Shown: piece by piece, positions 9,862 through 20,292 of the stretch
How the letters are laid out: each line of letters starts with the position of its first letter
How positions within the stretch are numbered: the stretch's first letter is position 1
Source: a virus
Taxonomy: Duplodnaviria > Caudoviricetes
Length of the DNA stretch: 64,000 nt
IMG/VR virus record: IMGVR_UViG_3300042564_005059
Coordinates: 31,428 to 95,427 of that record
Direction: 5' to 3' (one strand)
Notes under the pieces: model-generated
Seen by the model: only the letters and a program-made list of their open reading frames with translations
Databases searched by the model: none
Told to the model about the DNA's origin: nothing
Program-made: the position numbers and the translations under genes

Positions 9862-11103
9862 CTAGTTGGACAAAGGTGCTTTAATTGTTGGATGTGATTG
9901 ATAATTTTCTACTTGAAAATTAACCTCTCCATTTATAGCTTCATCAAATCCTTTATGTTCTAAGTTTGCTAAAAATATTGGGTTCATAACTAATTTTGGC
10001 AACGGAAAGGGTTCTCTTGTTCGCTTAGGTAATTTAGAAATGTATTCCATTCTAGGCTCATGCTTTAAAGCATCCATACCTGATTGTTGTAAATGTTCTA
10101 ATATTTCCTCTTCAGTAAATTCTCTACCAATCTGTTCTTTAGCTTGTTCGATATGATTTGAATATAAATGAACATCACCTAAATTTCCAATCAACTGGTC
10201 AGGAACCATGTTAACTTCTTTTGCAATTATTTCCAATAACAATCCATAAGAAGCAATGTTGAATGGTAAACCTAAGAATGTATCTACTGAACGTTGATTC
10301 CACATTAAAGAGATTGCTCGTCTTGGAATGGTATTATCCATATCAACGGTTTCTCTAATTATATTTTGACCTATACCACCAACATCTTCGTAACCAGCTA
10401 ATTTCATTCTTTCCTTCTCACTTAACTCTCTTGTATAAACTTGAAATCCATAATGACAAGGTGGAAGCACCATTTGGTCCAGTTCCGAACAATTCCAAGC
10501 ATTTACCATTAATCGTCTTGAGTCTGGATTTGCTTTAAGGTCGTTGATTAGGTTTGTGATTTGGTCTATTGGATGTTCTTTACTCAATCCAGCTCCCAAT
10601 ACCATTCCGTGTTTATATCCTTCCCAACTTCTCCATTGTTTACCGTAAATTGGACCTAATTCACCCCACTTCTTAGCAAACTCATCATCTGTTTTGATTT
10701 TGTTGATGAATTCTTCTTGTGTTAATAATTCACTTAAATCCAATTTGACACTATCCTTCCAATGGTCTGGTATGTCTGTTTCAACAACATTTTTATTATG
10801 GTTTTTGTAATTTTCAGTACAATTATTCAAATAAAATTTGTAGCAGTCCCCATCCCAAATGTGACAATTATTATCAACCAAATACTTAATATTTGTATCA
10901 CCACGAAGGAACCAAAGAAGTTCTGTTACGATTGTTTTGAATGGCATCTTCTTTGTAGTCAAGAGTGGAAACCCATCTTTCATATTGTGACGTATCTGTC
11001 TTCCGAATACTGAGATTGTTCCACCATTTCTTGTTTCTTTCTTAACACCATTCTCTAAAATATCTTTTAAGAGGTTTTGATAATCTAAATCTAATTTATT
11101 CAT
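9862..11103 (-). CDS. thyA: thymidylate synthase (with insertions)
   Basis: FPLLTTKK, ELLWFL, GPIYGKQWR, SRR, LPPCH catalytic Cys, QRSVD..GLPFNIASY, HLYSNH; start moved to the ATG overlapping the upstream stop (ATGAATAA). Confidence 0.97.
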   Translation of the reverse strand: MNKLDLDYQNLLKDILENGVKKETRNGGTISVFGRQIRHNMKDGFPLLTTKKMPFKTIVTELLWFLRGDTNIKYLVDNNCHIWDGDCYKFYLNNCTENYKNHNKNVVETDIPDHWKDSVKLDLSELLTQEEFINKIKTDDEFAKKWGELGPIYGKQWRSWEGYKHGMVLGAGLSKEHPIDQITNLINDLKANPDSRRLMVNAWNCSELDQMVLPPCHYGFQVYTRELSEKERMKLAGYEDVGGIGQNIIRETVDMDNTIPRRAISLMWNQRSVDTFLGLPFNIASYGLLLEIIAKEVNMVPDQLIGNLGDVHLYSNHIEQAKEQIGREFTEEEILEHLQQSGMDALKHEPRMEYISKLPKRTREPFPLPKLVMNPIFLANLEHKGFDEAINGEVNFQVENYQSHPTIKAPLSN

Positions 11104-11953
11104 TTTCTTTAATTTTATATTTCCATTTGTATCCACCAGCAGTTTCTTGTTTACCTTTACAAACAGCGTTTATGTTATATATTTTTAATTCTTTTTCAAC
11201 TTTAGTAATACTTTCCCAAGTTTTAATAAAATTACCATCTAAATCAAGTTGGTTAACTTCTTTTCTTCTTTTTGAAGGTCCTGTTGATATACCCTTTTTT
11301 ATCTGAGATAGTTTTTCTGAAAACCCTTTTGGTTTTGGTTTTCTCATTTTGTCTTTAGTTTCTTCTGATAATTTTTTACCTATCCTAGCTTTTGATATTC
11401 TTTCTTTAGTTTCTTCTGTGTGTTTCCAACCATTTTCTAATTTATATTGTTGATACTGGGAAATTTTTAATCTCCATTCTTCATATCTTTTATCAGCCTC
11501 AACTTTACCATATTTTTCAAGCCAAATATTATATCGACCATTTTTTGTTAATTTAGTACCTTCCTTACCTATTCTTCTTATTTTTTCAATTTGAATAGAT
11601 TTACGTCTATCGGCATCTTCTTTTCCATACTTAATAACCCAGTAATTATAAATTCCGTTTTTGACTATATCGTGACCTATTTTCCTATCACCTTCTTTAC
11701 TCCCATCACTTATGTTATACCCTATTGTTCTATCAATACTATTACACTGTAATATCCAAAAAACCTCACGTTCATTAAGATGATACTCATCTTTACATTC
11801 TTCTAGTATTTCTTTTGTGAAATTTTCTTTACCATATTTTTTTATTGCTAATTTTAATAGTTTACCACTACCGTAATAGTTTGGGTTATTATTTCTATCT
11901 TGACCGATATAGATTTTACCATTAAGTAAATTTGTTGTTTTGTAGATAATCAT
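11096..11953 (-). mobile_element. free-standing GIY-YIG homing endonuclease (NUMOD3/NUMOD1-type C-terminal motifs)
   Basis: IIYKTTN..KIYIGQ..YYGSG..E; HTEETKERIS/LSEETKDKMR repeats; QLDLDGNFIKTWES..TAGGYKWKY. Confidence 0.9.
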
Positions 11954-12016
11954 AATTGTTGTTTTATTATAAATATCTACTGTTTTACTTTTCTACTCAG
12001 TTATTATCTAATTTTT

Positions 12017-12382
12017 TTACTCCGTTATTAAAAAGAAAGTAAAATCGCTATCAACTAAGTTTTCTAAATTACCATAAGTAGCATACCATCCAGAAGAATC
12101 GTTAAACACAATGTATATGTAATTTTTATCGTCAAATATTTGATAATATAAACTATATTCAGTATTTGGTTGAAATTCCCAAGACATATCTGCTCTAGAT
12201 TTCGTACATAAAACTTTACCTAATAAAACAACTTCCCGTTCTATAACTTCATCAACAAACTTTATCTTACAAGTCGTTCCAGTACGGTCTTTTTTTTCTA
12301 CTCCGTTATCCAAGATATCTTGTAGAAGGTCTGTGTATTGTTTATCTAAGGTGTTACCCTTTATCGCATTTATTTTTTCCAT
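12017..12382 (-). pseudogene. chimeric ORF: thyA 5' fragment fused to unrelated sequence
   Basis: LDKQYTDLLQDILDNGVEKKDRTGT is a ThyA N-terminus; similarity stops after it. Confidence 0.7.
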
Positions 12383-12914
12383 GGTTTCTGGTTATAACTG
12401 TTTTTGTTGTATAAACCCCACATATTTCACATGTAGAATAATTTGTTTCTTTATTTTTTGGTTTTTTTAAAGCTTTTTTATGTTCTTCACTTAATGGAAC
12501 ACCTTTTTTTGTTTTTGAAATAGAATTAGCCCTTTTTTGTATTCTTGCTGGTGAATCTTTTTGATTACTTCTTGCAACACTTAGTTTTTTCTTGTGTTCT
12601 TCACTAAAAATAACACCTTTCTTAAAACCACCAGTATTACCACCATCACCTTGTTCTGGTATTAAATTAGCAAATTCTTTATTTTTAACAACGTCCCATA
12701 ATTCAGAATAATATAGCCCCATTTTTTTTAATTCATCTTTATCATCGGTTTCAAATAATATAGTTGTTTTTATTTCTGATGTTGAAATGTTATGGGCGTT
12801 TAAATGTCGTTTCCATACTGTACCACTACCTTTATATTTGTATGGGTCTGTATTAACACATTTACCTAAATATTTTAATCCTAATGGTGATTCTTTTAAA
12901 TATAATATTATCAT
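12354..12914 (-). mobile_element. GIY-YIG-like homing endonuclease with NUMOD3 motifs
   Basis: ILYLK..KYLGK..YKGSG..W..HL; FANLIPEQGDGG; SEEHKK repeats; C-terminal Cys/His finger. Confidence 0.8.
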
Positions 12915-12959
12915 TTTTATTTTTATTGATAAATATATCAAAAAACTCCATTATCTAAT

Positions 12960-13148
12960 TTATTCATAGTTATCTTTTTCTATTTTTCTTCCAAAATTTT
13001 CTTTAGCCCAGCTTTTCATTTTTTGCATGGATTCATCACCTTCCTCAAATTCGTATATGTCCATTTCATCACATAACGAACAAACCTCATAAAAATTGTC
13101 TAACAACTTTTGTAATTTTTTCTTGCTAATAGTTACTGTTTTACTCAT
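12960..13148 (-). CDS. hypothetical protein
   Basis: 62 aa ORF overlapping the upstream gene. Confidence 0.6.
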   Translation of the reverse strand: MSKTVTISKKKLQKLLDNFYEVCSLCDEMDIYEFEEGDESMQKMKSWAKENFGRKIEKDNYE

Positions 13149-13689
13149 TTTTTTTACTTATATATTGAAATAATATCATTAGTGCTATATCCCACTTAGA
13201 CGAGAAATCATCGTCTTCAACCATTTTTTTATCAAATTCCTCTTTGGTTAATAATTCTTTAGGTTTTGGTGGTTGACATTCGTTATTCTTACTAAACGTA
13301 CCATTATAAAACATTGGGTGGATATATCTTGCGGTCTCCATAGAATGTTCAGCTTCATAAAATTTATATACAAAATTCATAGCCTCATCCATATATTCAC
13401 ATTCTTTATAGTATTCATCGGTTTCTAAACTTAAAAACGCGTCAATATCTTCTTGCCTTGGTTTAGCGTTTTCATGTTCTTTTTCGAAATTATAGGTTTT
13501 CCCATAGCTAGTTGTAATTTCTTTCTCACCTTCAAAAAAATTAATCAATTGTTGTTTAGTACAGGACTCAACTATAAAGCCATGGTCATCGGTTATTAGG
13601 AAAATGTTAGCTGTTGGAATGTGATATGCTTTAAGCACATCACCCTCAAAATTTAACAACCCTAAACTTTTGTAATCTTTGTTTTTCAT
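13141..13689 (-). CDS. hypothetical protein
   Basis: 182 aa; LLTKEEF..DDDFSSKW resembles the insertion LLTQEEF..DDEFAKKW in ThyA. Confidence 0.7.
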   Translation of the reverse strand: MKNKDYKSLGLLNFEGDVLKAYHIPTANIFLITDDHGFIVESCTKQQLINFFEGEKEITTSYGKTYNFEKEHENAKPRQEDIDAFLSLETDEYYKECEYMDEAMNFVYKFYEAEHSMETARYIHPMFYNGTFSKNNECQPPKPKELLTKEEFDKKMVEDDDFSSKWDIALMILFQYISKKNE

Positions 13690-14114
13690 TATCTTCTAAT
13701 TAAAATGTATTTGTAATTTTTTTGTGACTTTTCAACAATTTCTGGTTCAAAAACTTGTCTAACATTTTCATAAACTTTTCGATTGAAAGCATAATTGGTT
13801 AGTTTAACTTGAGCCATTCGTACATACTCACCATCACAATCTCTATGAACTATTTTACCATCAACTGTTGGGTAGAAATAAACCATACCGCCCTTACCTT
13901 GAGTGTTTGTAACTAAATCTCTATAATTACCTCTAAATGTAAATATTTGTATGGGTTTAGAGTTCATCACAACTCTACTAACTTTATGTAATGAAAATGG
14001 GTCGTAATTACTAACTTCATCAAGTTCAAAATGCATAAACATTGGCGAATCTACAATACCAATAAAAGGACATCTTTCGACATCCTTTATTGTTGTTTGG
14101 TTTGTAATTTCCAT
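13689..14114 (-). CDS. hypothetical protein
   Basis: 141 aa ORF in operon. Confidence 0.7.
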   Translation of the reverse strand: MEITNQTTIKDVERCPFIGIVDSPMFMHFELDEVSNYDPFSLHKVSRVVMNSKPIQIFTFRGNYRDLVTNTQGKGGMVYFYPTVDGKIVHRDCDGEYVRMAQVKLTNYAFNRKVYENVRQVFEPEIVEKSQKNYKYILIRR

Positions 14115-14116
14115 AG

Positions 14117-14584
14117 TTAGTCGTTAACTATAGAAGCAGCAGCTGATGCTGTTATTTTTTCATAGTCATCCATAGCTGACTTCATTTTAGCATACAACGC
14201 TGGGTCGATACTTTCAGTTTTTTCGTAATAAACAGAAACTGCATTGATAGCTGTTATCATTGAATTTGTAACAAGTTGCACTTTTATTTTTTTCTCAGCG
14301 TCTTTTAATTCGGTTACTTCCAATAAGATTGCACTAGGGTCAACTTTATCCATTTTTTCAAAGTCATGTTTTTTAATATGAGAATTAAAAATAACCCCTT
14401 GACTATCTGCTAATTCAAAACGAGTGTAGTCGGTTTCAGAAACGTTTGAGTATCTGTATTGACCACCGTTGTTAAAAATAATTGTTAGGTCTTTTGAAGT
14501 TTTATCATACGTCGATGCGCAGATATTAGAAGAACTATAAATAGCCTTAGTTACATTGTTGTTTTCTTGTTTTTTTAAAAGCAT
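14117..14584 (-). CDS. KTSC domain protein
   Basis: SSNI..YD....L.I.FNNGGQYRY.NV...Y..F..ADSQG..FN..IK. Confidence 0.85.
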   Translation of the reverse strand: MLLKKQENNNVTKAIYSSSNICASTYDKTSKDLTIIFNNGGQYRYSNVSETDYTRFELADSQGVIFNSHIKKHDFEKMDKVDPSAILLEVTELKDAEKKIKVQLVTNSMITAINAVSVYYEKTESIDPALYAKMKSAMDDYEKITASAAASIVND

Positions 14585-14606
14585 AATTTGTTTTATTTAA
14601 TAATTG

Positions 14607-14828
14607 TTATTTTGCATGTGTTTTATAAGAATCAATATCTTTTAGTTGGAAAATTTTGCCAGTACTAGTAAGGGTGTGGTTTAACTCATCTTTTTCGTCT
14701 AAGATTACTATTATATAATCACCTGTAATCATAAGACCACAATCATCGAATGTAATGTTTGTTCTACCATCCCCGCCAGTTTTAACCAGTAATTCAACTT
14801 TTCCAAATTTAGGTGCTGTAGGTATCAT
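14607..14828 (-). CDS. hypothetical protein
   Basis: 73 aa; TATATTTG promoter upstream. Confidence 0.65.
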   Translation of the reverse strand: MIPTAPKFGKVELLVKTGGDGRTNITFDDCGLMITGDYIIVILDEKDELNHTLTSTGKIFQLKDIDSYKTHAK

Positions 14829-14925
14829 AATTTTTTGTTTTGTACAAATATACTAATAATTTTCTAAACAATCAATATTGCTATTTAAAAATAATTTCGT
14901 ATATTTGCAAAAAAAGAAATAACCG

Positions 14926-17427
14926 ATGGATAGAAGAATAGACCCAAAAGTTAAAATTATCATGAATCAAGCCATTAGAGAAGCTAAAGACCATGATGAT
15001 AATAAAATTAAACCAGAACATGTGATTCTATCTATGATGATAGACAACGATAACGAATGTGTTAGAGCGTTAAATATTATGAATGTGGATACTTTTGATG
15101 TATACGACAAAGTATCTGATTTTGTTAGAAAAAATGACTTGACCCCTAGAATAGGTACAAACAGAAAAAGTCTACCATTTTCTGATGAAATGAAAGTTAT
15201 AATCAAAAACTTAGACAAACATTGTGATAAACTAAATGATACCTACATAGATACGACACATGTAATGCTTAGTATTTTAGACTCTAAATTACCGTTAATT
15301 AAAATGTTATCTGAAATTGGTATAACATACAACAAATTTTTAAAAACCGTTACAAATATGGACAAATTCGAACACAAAAACAGTGCTTTTAGCAATGATG
15401 AAAATGATGAAAACGAATCTTTTAGAAAACCTAAAAACAAAGATTCAAAAACAAAAACACCAGTTTTAGATAATTTCTGTAGAGATATCTCTAAGGCTGT
15501 TGAAAACGAACAAGTGGACCCAGTGGTTGGTAGAGAAATTGAGATAAAACGTGTATCTCAAATTTTATCTAGAAGAAAGAAAAACAATCCAGTCCTTATT
15601 GGTGAACCTGGTGTTGGAAAAACTGCCATAGTAGAGGGACTTGCCCAACTTATTTTTGAGGGTAACGCTCCAAGAACATTAACAGGTAAAAAAATATACA
15701 TGTTAGATTTAGCTTCAATTGTTGCTGGTACAAAATATCGTGGACAATTTGAAGAGAGAATGAAAGCCATATTAGAAGAATGTAAAGCCAATCCAGACAT
15801 TGTATTGTTCATTGATGAATTACATACAATCGTAGGCGCTGGAAACTCAAGCGGTTCTTTAGACGCATCTAATATTTTCAAACCAGCTTTGGCTAGAGGT
15901 GAAATACAAATCATTGGTGCTACAACACTTGATGAATATCGAGAAAACATTGAAAAAGACGGTGCGTTAACTAGACGTTTTCAACAAGTTCTAGTTGAAG
16001 AACCAACCTTAGAGCAAACTAAAACTATTTTGATGAACATCAAAGAGAAGTATGAAAAACATCACAAAGTTAAATATACTGAAGAAGCAATAGAAGAATG
16101 CGTTAAATTATCAGCTAGATACATTATGGATAGAGCAATGCCAGACAAAGCTATCGATGTTTTGGATGAAGCTGGAGCTACCACTAATATTTCAGTTGAA
16201 AAACCTGATGCTATTAAAGAACTTGAGGAAGAGAAAAAACTTATAAACGAGAAAAAAGCAGAAGTTGTAAAAAAACAACAATATGAAGAAGCTGCAAAAC
16301 TTCGCGACAAAGAAAAAGAAATTACCGATAGTTTAGAAAAAGCTATGGTTGATTGGCAAACAAGTCTAGATGTTAAAGTAACTGAAGTTGGTGTTGATTT
16401 AATCTCTGAGGTTGTTTCTATGATGACTGGTATTCCACTTAACAAAATTTCAACTCAAGAAAGTAAACGTCTTATGAATATGGACAAAGAATTGAGTGGT
16501 AAAGTAATCGGTCAAGACGATGCTGTTGTTAAGGTTGTTAAGGCAATCAAACGTAATAGAATTGGTATCAAAGATAAAAACAAACCTGTTGGTTCATTTA
16601 TTTTCTTAGGCCCTACAGGTGTTGGTAAAACACTTCTTGCTAAATTGCTAGCCGAACATGTTTATGGTGATGCTGATGCTCTTGTTAGAGTTGATATGTC
16701 AGAATACATGGAGAAACACTCTGTGTCTAGATTGGTTGGTCCACCACCAGGTTACGTTGGTTATGACCAAGGTGGTCAGTTAACTGAAAAAGTTAGACGT
16801 AAACCACACTGTGTAATCTTATTTGATGAGATTGAAAAAGCTCACGATGATGTGTTTAACTTATTGTTACAATTACTTGATGAAGGTCATTTAACTGATG
16901 GTCTTGGACGTAAGGTTAACTTTAAAAATGCTCTTATCATTATGACATCTAACATCGGTGTTAAAGAGGCAAACTCTTTTGGTAAGACTATGGGGTTTGA
17001 TACTGGTTCAACAGCTTTTAATGAAGAAGCTAAATCTAGAGCAATCATTGATAAAGCACTTAAAAAGAAATTTAAACCAGAATTTCTTAACCGTATAGAC
17101 GAAGCTATCATTTTCAATTCTCTTTCAAAAGAAAATATTAGAGAAATTATCAATGTTGAGATTAAACACTTAGAAAGTCGTTTAGCTGAATTGAAATTTA
17201 AGTTAGATATTTCTGATAGCGCTCTAGATTTTATAGCAAAAGAAGGTTATGATGAAGAGTATGGGGCTAGACCACTAAACAGAGCGATTCAACATTATGT
17301 TGAAGATTTAGTAGCCGATGAAATTCTTACTGAAGTGTTTGAGGAAGGTGATACAATCAAGATTGTTTATTCTAAAGAACAAGAAAGTCTTGTAATAGAA
17401 AAACCTAAAAAAACAAAAAAATCGTAA
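14926..17427 (+). CDS. clpC: ClpC-like AAA+ unfoldase
   Basis: Clp N-domain, two Walker A motifs (GEPGVGKT, GPTGVGKT), UVR coiled coil (YEEAAKLRD), GPPPGYVGY, MGF ClpP-docking loop. Confidence 0.93.
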   Translation: MDRRIDPKVKIIMNQAIREAKDHDDNKIKPEHVILSMMIDNDNECVRALNIMNVDTFDVYDKVSDFVRKNDLTPRIGTNRKSLPFSDEMKVIIKNLDKHCDKLNDTYIDTTHVMLSILDSKLPLIKMLSEIGITYNKFLKTVTNMDKFEHKNSAFSNDENDENESFRKPKNKDSKTKTPVLDNFCRDISKAVENEQVDPVVGREIEIKRVSQILSRRKKNNPVLIGEPGVGKTAIVEGLAQLIFEGNAPRTLTGKKIYMLDLASIVAGTKYRGQFEERMKAILEECKANPDIVLFIDELHTIVGAGNSSGSLDASNIFKPALARGEIQIIGATTLDEYRENIEKDGALTRRFQQVLVEEPTLEQTKTILMNIKEKYEKHHKVKYTEEAIEECVKLSARYIMDRAMPDKAIDVLDEAGATTNISVEKPDAIKELEEEKKLINEKKAEVVKKQQYEEAAKLRDKEKEITDSLEKAMVDWQTSLDVKVTEVGVDLISEVVSMMTGIPLNKISTQESKRLMNMDKELSGKVIGQDDAVVKVVKAIKRNRIGIKDKNKPVGSFIFLGPTGVGKTLLAKLLAEHVYGDADALVRVDMSEYMEKHSVSRLVGPPPGYVGYDQGGQLTEKVRRKPHCVILFDEIEKAHDDVFNLLLQLLDEGHLTDGLGRKVNFKNALIIMTSNIGVKEANSFGKTMGFDTGSTAFNEEAKSRAIIDKALKKKFKPEFLNRIDEAIIFNSLSKENIREIINVEIKHLESRLAELKFKLDISDSALDFIAKEGYDEEYGARPLNRAIQHYVEDLVADEILTEVFEEGDTIKIVYSKEQESLVIEKPKKTKKS

Positions 17428-17436
17428 TTTTAATTA

Positions 17437-17463
17437 AACCCACAAATTTTGTGGGTTTTTTTT
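17437..17463 (+). terminator. intrinsic terminator after clpC
   Basis: aaacccacaa-att-ttgtgggttt followed by a T tract. Confidence 0.75.
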
Positions 17464-17475
17464 ATATTTATATGT

Positions 17476-18243
17476 ATGATAGAAAAAGAATTATTAGAAA
17501 AATATGGTGAATACTTAGACCAATTAGATATATACGAAACTAACACTAGTTTAAAACTATCTATGATTAAAGTTAAACCAGAATACAGATATCAAAAAAG
17601 TAATTACGGTAACAATCTTAAAATTGGTACAAAAGTAATGACCGATTTAGTTAAATACGCGGATGATAATAATAAAATAGTAACCTTAACTCCAGATAAT
17701 ATTGATGGTGTTAACGTGAACACACTCATTCAATTTTATAAAAAATTTAGATTCAAAATGAATACTGGATATAGTAAAAACTATGAGTATCGTGATACAA
17801 TGATTCGTTTACCAAAAAGAGAAGGTATGAAAGAAAATTTTAAACCAATGATTAAAAGCCTTCTTAGAGAAGGTTTAATGACCAAAGATGAAGATGATGT
17901 GTTAAACATATCAGACTTTGTTAACTTTGCTAAGAAGTTATTGAGTATAGATGATGATGTAAAAGTTGAGTTAGCGTTTGAAAAAACACCAGACCTTAAA
18001 ACAACTGCTTACTACCACAATAGTGACCGTAGGGTTAAAGTTTATGTTAAAGACAGAGCTAAGATAGATATTATGCGTTCAATCGCTCACGAGCTTGTAC
18101 ACCACAAACAAAATTTAGATGGCCGTTTAACTGATACAGAAAAAGATGGTGCTGATGGAAGTCCAATTGAAAATGAAGCCAATTCGTTGGCTGGGATAAT
18201 AATGAGAAAATGGGGTAGATTACACCCAGAAGATTATGTATAA
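17476..18243 (+). CDS. GNAT-like domain + zincin metallopeptidase (HExxH) fusion
   Basis: VKPEYR..IGTKVM..LIQFYKKF GNAT-like; AHELVHHKQ..ENEAN; internal IKSLLRE. Confidence 0.7.
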   Translation: MIEKELLEKYGEYLDQLDIYETNTSLKLSMIKVKPEYRYQKSNYGNNLKIGTKVMTDLVKYADDNNKIVTLTPDNIDGVNVNTLIQFYKKFRFKMNTGYSKNYEYRDTMIRLPKREGMKENFKPMIKSLLREGLMTKDEDDVLNISDFVNFAKKLLSIDDDVKVELAFEKTPDLKTTAYYHNSDRRVKVYVKDRAKIDIMRSIAHELVHHKQNLDGRLTDTEKDGADGSPIENEANSLAGIIMRKWGRLHPEDYV

Positions 18244-19081
18244 CACTAAGATATTATTAAGAGAAGAAATCGCTTTAAACGATAAAAAAATGTTATTGTC
18301 AGAACATTCCTTGATGATGATTCAAAATTCATCATATGTTAAAAATGTGTTGGGTATTGACACAACGTTAAATGAAAATTATCCTCTAGGTATTAGAAAA
18401 TTAATAATTGAACAACAAATTATTATTGAAAATCTTTTAGATTCGATAAACGGTTATTTGGGTAATTTGGTACAAAAGGGTAAAGAAAAATCTTTAAATT
18501 TTATAAAATCAGTAAAAAATTTAAAAGAATTAGCTATCTTATTTAAAGATATTTTGTTGGACCCTGAATTAATGAATGAAGCAATTAAAAATGTTAAAAA
18601 ATCATTAACCGAACAATTAAATAATTTTAAAAATAATATAAATAAAATATTAACCAACACAAAAGTTACTATTCAAAATTTTACGGATAAACTACAAACG
18701 TTTTTAAATAACGTTTTAACTTATTCTAATGATGTGTTAAACAAAGACGGTTGGGTACCATTTTTAACTATGTTGGGGTTAGCTGTATTATTAACTTGGG
18801 TCAACAGAAAATGGTTAGAAGTCATTTTAAACAATATAACTGAAGGATTAAAAAAAATAGATGGTGTTGTTAATTTATTTAATAGTCTAAAAGACTTGAT
18901 AAAAACAGCTGTATCAAATCTAGGTATTGAAAATATATTTGCATGGTTCACTAGTTTAGGAACTGAAACATCTGGTATCGGTATTATATTTACAATATCT
19001 GAAATTATATTGATAATATCTGAAATACTAATGCCAACAGTACAAACAATAACAACAAGATTTAATTTACAAAAAACATAA
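18236..19081 (+). CDS. membrane protein with N-terminal LLRE motif
   Basis: KILLREE start; two to three hydrophobic helices. Confidence 0.7.
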   Translation: MYNTKILLREEIALNDKKMLLSEHSLMMIQNSSYVKNVLGIDTTLNENYPLGIRKLIIEQQIIIENLLDSINGYLGNLVQKGKEKSLNFIKSVKNLKELAILFKDILLDPELMNEAIKNVKKSLTEQLNNFKNNINKILTNTKVTIQNFTDKLQTFLNNVLTYSNDVLNKDGWVPFLTMLGLAVLLTWVNRKWLEVILNNITEGLKKIDGVVNLFNSLKDLIKTAVSNLGIENIFAWFTSLGTETSGIGIIFTISEIILIISEILMPTVQTITTRFNLQKT

Positions 19082-19083
19082 TT

Positions 19084-20292
19084 ATGAAAAATACAATCAA
19101 AGGTGGTAAATCAGATAACATGTCACTACAAGACATTGCCAACAAATTTGATGTATCTGTTGAAAAAATACAAGCGCAATTAAAAAAAGGGGTTAAAATT
19201 GAATCGGAGCATACTGACAATAAAGAAAAAGCAAAAGAAATTGCTATGGACCATATATCTGAATTTCCAGACTATTATGATAGACTTGAAAAAATGGAAA
19301 AAGGTGCGAATAAAAAATGGGAAAATGGTAAAGAAAAAACTAATGAAGGTATAAAAAAATCTATAGCCGCAGCCTCATTAGGTTTAAGTTTAATGGGCAA
19401 CCCCCAAATAACCAAAGGCGCAGACATAACGCCAATCAGTCAAACACAAACACAAAAAGTTTTAGCTCAAGTAAATTTTGCATCCTCTCAACCAATAGAT
19501 AACCCAGATTTAGATTTAGTTCATGGCGCCTTAGGTTCAAATAGATTACAAGACGATTTTGAAAAAAGAGTTGAAGACGAATTGAAAAACCAAGTAAAAA
19601 ACGGTAATAAACCAGATGTCGCTAACATACAAGTAAGAACATATATACAAGGTGATAAAATCATAACAAAAGCGTCATGCGACATTGTCCAATCTGTAGA
19701 TGGGATAGCTTATACACATTTTACAACTAGAGGTTCTATTGGTTCTAATTATGTTCAAAGACATGATAAACAAATAAATGGTTTGATTAATAAATTAGAA
19801 AATCATTATGGTGGTGTAGCTAAACAAGTTGGCAATTCAATTGAAATTTCATTTAAACTATATGGTAGTACCATATCTTATAAACAAAGTTTTTTTGTTG
19901 CATCTGATGATAAAAATGCAATAAAAAATCAAGACTTACAACAAATTACTGGTACTGATATTAATAATTTAAGAGACAAATTAAATACCGAAACAAAAAA
20001 CATTTCTGTCGATATTAATTCTATTAGTGTAGATATGAAAAATTATAAAGTATCATATAAAACTGGTGACGTTGAGATACATAAAATTTCTTTATTGTTT
20101 GATGATTCTGGTAATTTAGATGATAGGTTAAAAACGATAAAAGCTAAAAACCCAACATTTAAAGAAATAAAAAGAGGTAAAATAAATAATTTGGATTGGG
20201 CTATAAGTGTAATACCTTATGAAGAAATAAAAATGAACGAGTCTCAAAAAAAATTAATTAAAAAACTTATTAGAGAAAACTTAGGTTTTTAA
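19084..20292 (+). CDS. virion cargo protein (DUF5661-like N-terminal module)
   Basis: GVKIESEHT..IAMDHISEFPDYYDRL; C-terminal KKLIKKLIRENL. Confidence 0.65.
   Translation: MKNTIKGGKSDNMSLQDIANKFDVSVEKIQAQLKKGVKIESEHTDNKEKAKEIAMDHISEFPDYYDRLEKMEKGANKKWENGKEKTNEGIKKSIAAASLGLSLMGNPQITKGADITPISQTQTQKVLAQVNFASSQPIDNPDLDLVHGALGSNRLQDDFEKRVEDELKNQVKNGNKPDVANIQVRTYIQGDKIITKASCDIVQSVDGIAYTHFTTRGSIGSNYVQRHDKQINGLINKLENHYGGVAKQVGNSIEISFKLYGSTISYKQSFFVASDDKNAIKNQDLQQITGTDINNLRDKLNTETKNISVDINSISVDMKNYKVSYKTGDVEIHKISLLFDDSGNLDDRLKTIKAKNPTFKEIKRGKINNLDWAISVIPYEEIKMNESQKKLIKKLIRENLGF

Noticed and set aside
11096-12382. Group I intron splitting thyA
   Set aside because: The downstream thyA is complete with its own N-terminus, and there is no non-coding space for a ribozyme core.
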